Shown: piece after piece, positions 41,301-51,248 of the stretch | Layout: each line of letters opens with the position of its first letter | Position numbering within the stretch: the stretch's first letter is position 1 | Source: Marsupella aquatica | Lineage: Eukaryota > Plantae > Marchantiophyta | NCBI GenBank assembly: GCA_973895155.1 | Contig: OZ316896.1 | Span: 7,325,278-7,389,277, forward strand | Direction: 5' to 3' | Length of the DNA: 64,000 nt | Translations under genes and position numbers: made by a program | The notes under the pieces: model-generated | The model's database searches: none | The model's input: the letters and a program-made list of their open reading frames with translations, nothing else | What the model was told of the DNA's origin: nothing

Positions 41301-41941
41301 TGCTAGCAATGTCACTAACAAACATCTTATCATTTTCAACTTGAAAAAGGTTCATTTCCATCTTTGAATTAATGCTAGCGATCTTGCTAACAAAGTTTCC
41401 AGGCTTTTCTAATAGAATATCATTCTTCCTTCAGGTGTGCACTCTCATTCTGGACGTCTTCTGTCGAGTGGAATTTAATGCAAAAATTCCCAAAGACCCT
41501 GCCTATGTTCCTTTGACGTCTTCGGAAGATGCCAGGCATAAATCAATGCTGAGCGTCTGTTACCCAAAGATTGACCCCTATCCAACAGCGACCGTTGCTG
41601 GATCAAAAAGGCTATCAATTGGCTTCATGCAAGCCGTGATGGAGTTCCTCACAAAGCCGAGAGATATCGTCCTTGACTGGACTATGTGCGATGGAAGCTC
41701 ATTTTCCGTAGGGGAATACTCTGGTCGGTTCGTTGTTGGTGTTGAGGACAGGGACATTCTCCATTCGTGTGCTCAGAAAGGTTTAACAAGCGTTCTGGAG
41801 AGGCACTCTAGCAAGTCCAAGATGATTAAAGATCAGGAAAAGAAGGGTAATCAGGATGCTGGGTCTGATGATGAGTTCACGATACCAGGAGATGAACAGG
41901 CTCGACCTTCAAGCGAGAAAGACAAATTTGACCTAGAGTAA
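38333..41941 (+). pseudogene. ParB/Srx-like domain fused to an N6A/N4C DNA methyltransferase-like domain; intron-containing
   Basis: IPLCRM...LKSEFRTQGY...FFVFDGNHRLYSW (DGNHR at 38888-38902); AHLGFISLPTG...MLSDEGYVAVLH; FMQAVMEFLTKPRDIVLDWTMCDGSS...GRFVVGVED. Introns ~39037-39129, ~40496-40583 and 41267-41434; may extend to ~42380. Confidence 0.72.
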
Positions 41942-44079
41942 AGTACTTGGCCTCTTCTGATGTCGGACTCCCAATTTGGTTTCTTTTGTTTTATTCATTT
42001 TGTTGCTCTTCCTCAACTGATGCCAGTGGTTGCTTCAATGATAGGAGGGTGGATTGGTTTTTTGAGGAGAGATTTTGTCTTCGAAAGGAAGTGGAGGAAT
42101 CCATCCTGGTTACTCCAGAGAAGCCTTTCACTCTTCCGTGCTATGCTGAGAAGTCGGCGAAGGAGGTTGATGACGCTCCTGTGGTCTTGACCTAGGAGGC
42201 GAAAGGGCTTCGCTCAATTAGAGGAGCTCGTAGATATCTGGATTGTTCAAGGGTTATTGACAATGAAGCAGGGACAGTTAGCCAGTATTTAGATGAGTCT
42301 GCCGAGTCAACTGAGAGAAGACCAGTAGCGATCCTAGTAGAAGTTCAATATCTGATGATTCAGTAGATGAGGTTTATGACTAATGCAATAGCTTCAGTGT
42401 TAAACTGGCTATACTGCTTACCATCGACTCTTATAGTTTTTTTCTGTGTGCCGGTTTTTGGATGTCCATACTTTTAATGTATAATGAATGACCATGTTCT
42501 CATGAAAGTGCCTGCTATTCGGTTATTGTTTTCCAATATCGTTGTGCGCAGAGTCAAGTATGGAATGCATATGACAATCATGCATGAATTTCCGTAGTTA
42601 TAACACTTTCATTACTTTGAGAGAGGGAAAATAGTGAAATTTGGTTGTTTTTTCCATTAATGTGGTCGTGAGTTCGATCATAAAATGTGCCTCGCTAACA
42701 ATGCTACCTCGCTAGCAAAAATTCCTGTTTGCTTGCACCGTAAAATTCCTCGTTCCCTCATACCTAAGAGATGAATAGAGTTGGCCTCACGGCTTAGTTC
42801 GCAGATCTTGTGTATGAGAAATACTGTTTGTATGGCAAGTGCATGGTATAACTCAATCAAAAGGAGTCATTTTGCTATTTGTGTGTCGCATTAACTTGTT
42901 TGAAGATTGCCCACATCAACCAAGAAGGGAGTAAGCAAGGTAGTAAGAATTGGATGTGTCGAGCTGAGAGAGGTCTTAGCGGCTTACCCAAGCCAGTTGG
43001 GGATCATTCCGGTGGCGGAATCCAAACATACCTAAAGGAAGACCAGGAGAGGAGGACAAGGGAAGGCATAGAAGAGGCCGGCTACGTATCTCATGACCCG
43101 ATGAAGGATCTGTCTAGTATATGTGTGTAAAATGTTAGTAGAAGGAAGTTAGCAGCGTCCCATGCCGCTAAGCCGCGAAACTGGCCTCGCCAAGAGCAAA
43201 ACCTACGGGAATTGGCTTGTGCACGGGGTTTTTTGGGTTCAGGGAGTCATGGGATGCACCACAGAGGATATCGTGCCAAAAGATTTCGGCTTAGGAATGG
43301 CTTTTATAGGGGATGATGGGCGAGGCCTCCCGGTTGGATTGCGTGCATGCTGACTCGGAGGGGCTGCTTGGTTGGATGGATTGAGGTTTGGTGATTGGGT
43401 GACTCATCGTCACCAGGTTTGGTGTTTGGGTGAGTCACCAGGCTTGGAGTTTGGATAAGCCTCGCTGATGGCAGCTAGCTCAGGCTGGATGGTTGGGTTT
43501 CCAATGCTACTTAAGACTTGAGCCTCGGCTCATTGAGGTTGGCGGTTGTCTATTGAGATCTATTGAGTTTTGTTTTGTGAGTTTCGCTCTGTTCTGCGGA
43601 ACTTGACTATTGTGCGGCGGGTTTGGAGTTCTGTGCGAGTGTTGGATCCAGGTGTGGAGTTTTGGATCCAGGCAGGGATTTCTCAAGTTTGGAGCCTTGT
43701 CGATCCAGACGGGGATTTCTTGAGTTTGAAGCCTCGTTGGTCCAGGCCCAAGTTTTGTGTGAGCTATTTTAGACTAGTGGAGTAGCTAGTCAAGTTTTGG
43801 TTTTGTGAGCTAAGGAGGAGAGTTTTTCCGTCAGATTTTGAGTAGATAGTCACTCGAGGAGTTTGGCTTGACAAGTTAGAGGTAGCGGCCCGCCGTAGGG
43901 CCAGCTACCAGACTCTTGTGGGCAAGCTTACTCGAGGGCACCCATTGTAACCTTTGTGAGAAAAGTAAAAAAAATAAAGGAGTGAGAGTTCGCTCCAAAA
44001 AGTGCTTGTCGCCTGTCCCAATCGCAGCCAGAAATGCGGAGTTTGCCCGAGGAGCCCCTAACTTTAAGTCCTCGCGACA

Positions 44080-45941
44080 ATGTCCACCCCAAGACGTGCC
44101 GCCACTTGTCCACTTATGAAGCAGGCGGTCGTGCCTGTATCCACCAAAGCAATACCCAGATTACCATTAGAAGTGACATTCACAAAAATCAGCTTTTCAA
44201 GATCCATTGTCTTAATCTTAGGTACCTTCTCTTGCACCAACCCTTTCTCTCCGACAGGAACATCCCCTACAAGCACCTCGTCAACTACTAAGGGTTTGGT
44301 TAGAGCGATACTTACCTTAATGCCCTTCTGCCCTCCATCTCTGCTCGGATTGCCACCCTTCAAGGGGTAGTCCTTACTTTGATGGCCCATGGCACCACAT
44401 GTGTAGCACAAACCTTCAGCCGGCCTCCGCTCCATGAGCGCCCGCTTCTTTGCTTTCTGCACCGATGAGGTTCCTTTAGACTTGAAGTTGTTGGCCTTAC
44501 GGTTGTGCTTTGCTTCTCCATTCTGGGGCTGAGGATCCAAACCACCGGCCCCTGCCCCCTTTGACTGCTTGCGCTTATTCCCGGGACCTTTTGCTTTCCA
44601 AGTTTCCCTCTCAGATCCCTTGCCACCCACCTTCGCCAAGTTTGGCCAGTTATTCACCAACGTAGTGGCCTTGTCAAAGGCGTCAAAAAGCGTTTTAAAC
44701 TCATGACTCTTTTCCTATAACTTTTCCCTGAGCAACAGCGGGAGCTTCACTATAAAGTTGTGAAGCTACAAATGAAGGGTCTCCTGCCCCGCCAGGATAC
44801 ACGCCAGCTGGTTCTGGTAATAAGTGATGAACTTTTGGATATCACCCCTGAAGCTCATTTCTGTTACACATTTTTGCGCGTGCCACTCTGGGTTTAGTAG
44901 TGGTGACATGAGCACGGAGACCCTCAACCAAGTTTTCCCAAGTAACGGCAAGGAGGAGTCCTCACGTGACTTCTTCCAAGACTTGTACCAAGTCAAGGCA
45001 TAGTCCTTCAAGTAAGGACGGCTGCAGTAGCCCAAGTAGAACGCTCAACACACGCTTGGAGATGAATCTCCATCGTGGAGAGCTAACTCAGGAACTTTTG
45101 TCCACTTTGTTTGTAGGCCCGTTGTAAGCTAGAGGAGTCGGTAGCTGGTTCACTTGGAAATACTCCGTCCAACTACCATTCCCCCCTTGGGACGCGTCGC
45201 ACTCTAACTACCCAGACTAAGTAAGTACTTAATCTAGGCACCCTTGTTGTGTTCCAATTGCTCATAAATGAGTTGTTGGTCTTGAGTCAACGGACCCAAA
45301 CCATCGTTAGCGGCTGGGCCTCTACGGGTTGTATGAGGATGGTCCTCCAACCGTCTTTCCTTTGCGGGCCACTTGTCCTTAGGTTCCTAGTTTGTGGATT
45401 TTGGTGACATCCCCCGCGACTTGCGGGCACTATGACCTCCCGGGGCTATGGCATCACCCGCATTGCTCTGGTTTTGCTTGGTCAAATTGTCCACGATGAC
45501 GTCCGGCTTGACATCATCCTCTGGTTCCGCATCCAACCCTGAGCTCAAGGTTGGGATCCGTTCCTCTTTTGGGTCTTGACGCTCTTCCTTTGATTCAGTC
45601 TCTAAACCATCATCGCTTCCATCTAAGTCGGAGCCGTCATCGCCTGACCCATCCTCTGGAGGATTGACCACCTCCTTCCCTTTAAGTTGACGACGCTCTA
45701 TACTTGATGTGTTTGCTGTGGTGGTCGACGGTTTGGCCTCCACGTCCTCATTGTCTTGCTTGTAACGCTCATCTAGGGAAGTCGACCCATCCTCCTTCTG
45801 TTCTTCTTGAAATTGGGCTCTCCCCTTGGTGGGAGGAGCCTGCTTGCCACTCTTTGATTGAGTGTTCTTAGCCATGTCTCCGGTAACCAAATCTGCCCGT
45901 AGTCGACCCGCTGGGCACGTGGAAGCAGTTAGTCCTTGCAA
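44080..45941 (-). pseudogene. Chromovirus gag and protease N-terminus
   Basis: YLKDYALTWY (gag); knuckle GLCYTCGAMGHQSKDYP; ALVDTGTTACFIS protease site. Confidence 0.88.
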
Positions 45942-46006
45942 AAATCCGTTAAAATTTTTGGATTCAGACCTAGCACAACCCCGGCCCGGTGTCTATGCCA
46001 ACAATC

Positions 46007-46018
46007 GCTCTGATACCA
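46007..46018 (-). promoter_or_regulatory. Primer-binding site for tRNA-iMet
   Basis: TGGTATCAGAGC on the minus strand, directly inside the 5' LTR. Confidence 0.9.
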
Positions 46019-46020
46019 CA

Positions 46021-47062
46021 AGTGGTGGACTTTGCCACCCAACGCCCTCACCAATCCCAACACTCACACCTAAGTGCCCCTGGTGCCCAAACGCCTCCAC
46101 GAAATACCTCAAGCAAGCAACCTAGTGCCCCTTGCATCACCAACGGCCCCTCCCATATGAAGCCGCACTTGCTCTCTAACGCGACCGCTATTCAATGGTC
46201 CTCACTGTCTGCACAAGCAACCAAGCGTCTCGGTAAGTAACCCTTCAGGATCTAGATCTCCCAAGTCTAGCATCCTAACTCAAGCTCAACAGATTTTGGT
46301 AAGTAGGTCAGCGATAGGTCTTCCCGATGCCATAAGCCGGAACCCAGAACCGACGTCCACTGTTCGTCTAGAATAGCTCCTTCCTTGGGCGTAGCCCGGG
46401 TTTCCCCTCGTACCTATCCATCACCAACTGACCGCCCTGCCCCCAAGACATGTTCATGGCCCAAATAGCATAGCTTGTCCTAAAGCTTGTCCGGGAGCTT
46501 GTCCCAACACGCCGGGACCAGAACGGCCCCGAATTTAGCAACTAACTCCCGGTTCTCACCCCACTGATGGTCTAGGGACCAAGTGCCATTGGGACTCAAC
46601 CTCCATGCCTACTTGGCCTTGCCTCCCCAACGCAAGCTCCCTTGAGAGACTGAACGTGGCTTGGCTGCTATTTTGGCAGGATTTGGCTAGTGGACCAAAA
46701 AACACCTGCAAACCTCAAGAACCTACAGTGCTCCTTGATCCAGCTGAGCTCAAGAGGATGTAGCCCTCCTTGAGAGATTTCCAACACACCCAAGAAGTCC
46801 CCCAACGGACTTCTCGTTGGGAAGTTATTGTCATTTTTGTTTTGTGTTTTCCCTTAGTGTCGCGATCGCCGCGGCTCACGACTTTGGCTCGCCCTTAGCC
46901 CCCAGGGAGACACCACTCCCCTCATATATGCTTCTGGAGACTTGTCACCCCCAGACCAACTTTGATCCCAAAACTTTTGGTCCCCAACCAGGACCCTATC
47001 CTGCATGTCTGGGCGCGCCACCAACTGGCAACGCCCACAACTTCCTAGTTAGGCGTCCCGTG
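46021..47062 (-). repeat. 5' LTR of the chromovirus, outer part missing
   Basis: Adjacent to the PBS; ~46525-47062 aligns with ~58921-59458. Confidence 0.8.
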
Positions 47063-48347
47063 ATGTCTGCATTTAAGGCATTTGCATCCATTGTTCCAGT
47101 CCGTTCCTGTCTGCGTCTGGTCGTCCCAGTCCGCACGCCATTGTTCATGGGAGAATGGTGGGCTGCAATAGGGCTAGTGATTTTGCTGGCCTCATGTATG
47201 TATTCCTTTCAACTTTTTCCTGATTGTTCCTTGGATTCGGATGTTGAAAAGAGGGTACAGATTTTGAATTATTCCTATCCTCGGTTCATGTATGATGCTC
47301 ACTTGTGGCCTAGCCTTCTAGTGAATCCAATACCTCATATCCACAAAGCTTCTGTTCAGTTTAGTTTTTTTGAATAAATTGAACACTGATACTTATGTTT
47401 TACAAACACTTGTTGTAGCCTGGCAAGGGTCATTTCATGCTAGCGAGGCACTAATCATGAGATATTTTGGGTTATGCAAGAAGAAAATGTGCCCGTGAGA
47501 ATAATGTTTTTGATGTTGCTATATGGTGAATGCAACTTTCAGTATTTTGTCTTATTCAAACTTCTTTTGTTATGCATTTTTATTTGAATGTGTCTTACCA
47601 AGGTGCATCCCTTGTATAGTTTAGATTTCAAATTTATTCTGGCACCCCTCTAATTTAAAAAAAATCTTTGCTATATTTAAGATCATCCACCCTTTAACAA
47701 AGCTCGTGTGATTTCTAGCCCTTATTCTCATGAGTGCAGAAAAAATGATCTAAATAAAGTGCACACCTTGTGTCTTTAAGTACTACTCATGGTTTTGTGT
47801 CCTAAATTTATGGTTTTAATTATTTGGAGTGTCATTAGCTAAAGTAAGCACATAAGTATCTCTACTCTTGTACATTATGTGCACATCCCAATATCATAAA
47901 CTTAAACTTTCACTTTCCTATTCATTATTATTTTTCTTTACATGTGTAATTTTACTCTTGTACCTTATGTGCAAAAGTTCAAATATCATAGACTATATGT
48001 CTTCCTAGTTAATGTACTGTTTATATTTTAATTAGCACACTTTAATTAGAACACTTGCATATCGCTACAAAACAAAAATAAAATGAACATGCCATATCTC
48101 GCACGCTACAATGACCCTTACATAGCTTTGTGAACTTGCCTAGTTTAAAAGAGATCACGTCCCGGTATGGCGCTTTTTATATCATAGCTTTGGAAACTTG
48201 CCTAGCTTGAAACAGTGCTGCAACATTAGAACGAGCTCCCGCCATTTCCTGGATTTCCCGATGCCCAACCTACTCTTGTGGAGCTTTCAAACTCTGCAAA
48301 GCCATAGCGTCTCGGTAGCGAATGCCGGAAGAAGAAATCAATCGGCT

Positions 48348-51248
48348 ATGGCGGATGAAGGACTCGACGGAGCAAGAGTGGAAGGGCTGGGCGACGAGGC
48401 AGAGCAAGGACGAGAGCGAGAGGACGAAGATGGCGTTCGACGGAGCAACGGGGCAGCTTCTCTGGCCCGTGTCCCTGAAGCAGAGAGTAGTACGAGTTGG
48501 CCGACGACTTCTTTTGGCGACGGCGATGCTGGAGAAGCAGATGATCTTCATAGCACGGACGTCGAGCTTCTTAGAAGGGTATGGAGTAATGAAAAAGCGG
48601 CACCCGAAATTCTGCGGTACGAGGCTCAGTTGGTGGAGCGAGTTCAAGAGCAGATTCTGCTAATGGTGTGTGTTTGTGTATGTATGCGTGCTGCGTGTTT
48701 CCAGTTGGTTCTGCTGCTCTTCTCTTCTTGCTTGTTGCACTGTGCCGTATACATGCATGCCTAGGTGTCCAGACGAAAGCACTTCGCTGGCATGGATGTA
48801 AATGGAACCTCACGAAGATAACATACACCAAACGAACTCTGTCATTCGGCCAATTGTTCAGGCAGGATCGAAATGCATATCGTGAGCGGTTGAACGGTTT
48901 TATGGTTTCTGAAAACTTATTTCTGTCGTGTGGCGGTGATGATGTAAACTTTAGGAGGAAAACATAGCAGCGTTTTCCACCGAGATATCTGATGAACTTA
49001 TGCTGTCACTGTACCGGATGGACGTGAATCGCGCTCTTTATCTACTGCGATCCTATCTACGGACGCGACTCAGTAAAGTACCTTCATCAGATCTTCTTTG
49101 TGACTAACACAATTGCATGTCATGCCTTCTTTGAATATGTCATCAATACGGTAGCTTAATGTCATAAGCAGTTCGTAGTACGAACCTAACCTGAATTCTC
49201 TGTGGGACGGATGGCAGATAGAACGGTTTCCGATTCACATTGTTAGTACTCCGGATACGAGCGAGAAACTTTCTGAAAGCGAATTAGAGTATGCCTTCAG
49301 GTGAGTGGTGTCTTCAATCCTGCTCCTTTGGAGTCCTTTATAAATCTTCGTTCTCCATCTATCTCAGCAAAGCAAAATGATTCCTTTTGCTATGGGTCTT
49401 TCGTGCTTAGTGCAAGGCAAAGAAGTCTTTCATGTATGCACGCTTCGTGGAAAATGCTGGTTTTTCGTATGGACAGTGATACTTATTTCATTTATTTTAT
49501 TTATCAGGGTCTTCATTTTTCTTTAATCATGAATATTCTTTGATAATTTGAGCTCCTGTATTCTTTTTAAAAAACTGGAAAGATGTTGATCATAGGTATG
49601 GAGAAGCTCTCGCGAAGCACTTTGAGCAAACTGTTTTAAACCGACTACCAGAAGAGTACAACTCGATGTCGAAACAGTACACTTCATCCGAGGAAGGCGA
49701 CATGAGTATCCATTTCACACAATGCAATTAATGAAAGGATGCATCGGAGAGACAAGAGTGCGGCACTGAATGAGTCAATGTTTGTTTTCCTTGTTGCGAA
49801 ACAGCATAGTGTCTTTCATACCTTGTGATTTATTGGAAGACTTCACTGATGACGGAATTGACTTGAATTCCAAGGATTCTGGCGTCCAGAAAAGGATTCT
49901 GAGTTTAGGGTCCCGTTTAGGTCACGGCATTGCAATCACAGGTAAACAACCTTACTTCTAATTCCACAGTACTTGTCGTAACCGACGACCATTGAAGTTG
50001 TCATTCGCATTATGCACGGAAAATTCTAATTAGTTAACGTTGATACGAGCGAGAGAGGACTCTTGCTCTCATCCCCTGGCTACACTTGCATTGATAATCC
50101 TGCTATAGGAAAACTAAACTAATGCACATGTCAAGATATTCTTTGATTGAGTATAAAGAATATTTATGAAAGTCTCAAACTTATTTTCCTGTGTCTTTTA
50201 AGGAAAGCAACCCCGCTGCCGCTGAACGGTTTGAAACCTGGTCTTCATGCCTCACCTTGAGGATAGGATGATGGAACAAAAGATGTTAATAACTGCAAGT
50301 AATCTTTTTGTTTGGGTTCTTCTGTAGAAATACATCCATTTTCGATTCGATGACTTCTTATGACCTACACAAGGAAGGCAACTTGACTTGTGAATATTAC
50401 TCAACAGATCTCTAGCTCTTGGCTGTTAGATTGTTGTGGGTTGCAAATTTCCCTGACAAGATACCAGTTCCAAAACCTCAGTTGGACACGTTTGTTTTCT
50501 GCAAGAGCAAAGGAGCTATTGGCGCTTTCCAGCTGGACGACAAGTAAGTATCTTGAAGTGGATTTGCAGATAGACATTTTAGCGCGGTTCAACATCCTGG
50601 TCCTTGGCTGTTTGAGGTTTCCTAGATCCCGAGGTGGACTCAAGGCTCATGAGGCAAAAATTACTTAATCACCTAGGACACCTGTTGAGCTTGCTATCCT
50701 GTTTCTGTACATTTCAAATACTCATTGGGGTGCCTTTCTTTTCTTTCGTTACTTGCGAGGATTTCGACTCTCGCTGGGTTTGTCTCTGAATTAGATGCCT
50801 TTCGTTTTCCCTGTCTGTAGGACTGTAGAATTACATAGCAGTAGTTTATTGTAATTTAAATGTTCTGGAGTCAGTTTTGGACTCTTTGTGCAAGTTGTGC
50901 AAGCGCTTGAGTTGCGTTACTAGTCTGTGGTGAAGCTGAAGCTGATCAAATGTCACTCAGTTTTATGTTTCTTATGTGCTTGTATAAGAGAGGTCTAAAG
51001 CGCTCAGTATTGAAGGAAAGTTCATCTTCGTGTAGCGCTCCTATGTTTGCTGTCTGGGTAGCCCCGATTTAGACTTTACAATAGTGAGAAATCTGACAAT
51101 TAGGGGATATTCATGGAACTGATTATGCTTGATATTCTTTTGTAACAGGGGAGATGAAACGGTGGATCTTATGAAAGATGATTTGCACATCCTTAGATAC
51201 AAGCCAGTTAGGAGGCTTTTAGAGGCAAACAAGATAGAACTTATTTAA
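48348..51248 (+). CDS. SLD5: DNA replication GINS complex subunit SLD5 (GINS4), 269 aa; exons 48348-48665, 48955-49077, 49218-49300, 49596-49705, 50468-50543, 51149-51248
   Basis: All GT-AG introns, 810 nt in phase; TDVELLRRVWSNEKAAPEIL, YRMDVNRALYLLRSYLRTRLSKIE, PKPQLDTFVFCK, DLHILRYKPVRRLLEANKIELI. Confidence 0.95.

Larger units (their letters stand above)
27927..42739. mobile_element. Mutator-like DNA transposon (~10.7 kb net) with three genes
   Basis: Imperfect short TIRs (GCGTGCGAGGAAACAG vs reverse complement GGTGCAAGCAAACAG); flanking GTA duplication; removal gives a plausible continuous LTR D sequence CATTGTAAAATTCC; encodes a transposase. Ends uncertain by a few bases. Confidence 0.75.
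18233..43263 (+). mobile_element. Solo LTR D (~4.6 kb after removing inserts) carrying a long ORF
   Basis: TG...CA termini; perfect TSD GAGGA (18228-18232 and 43264-43268); 5' end matches the post-PPT LTR start at 1053; no gag-pol of its own. Confidence 0.85.
11065..44079 (+). mobile_element. Full-length Ty3/gypsy element C (non-chromovirus, fungal-like pol), expanded to 33 kb by nested insertions
   Basis: 5' LTR 11065-11705 and 3' LTR 43269-44079 are alignable (consensus TGTCG...CGACA; 5' copy ~170 bp shorter). 4-bp TSD ACGT/ATGT; PBS-like TGGCAACCATACTAGGGA after 11705; PPT GGGGGAGGA at 18224-18232. Confidence 0.9.
2756..47062 (-). mobile_element. Chromovirus-type Ty3/gypsy LTR retrotransposon; outermost element of the nest, both LTRs truncated
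   Basis: Minus-strand order: LTR (47062-46021), tRNA-iMet PBS, gag/protease, RT, RNase H, integrase, chromodomain, PPT (~2951-2960), LTR start (2947-2756). Removing inserts restores the frame at junctions (LGVD|VQELL, LKN|ALEE, RLSRTY|LTRRSAYH). Confidence 0.85.

Noticed and set aside
38333-41941. Bacterial or phage contamination explaining the ParB-MTase
   Set aside because: It has spliceosomal-type introns and lies inside TSD-validated plant retroelements.
46817-47377. 186-aa ORF as a host gene
   Set aside because: It starts inside the LTR, crosses its boundary and has no recognisable motif.
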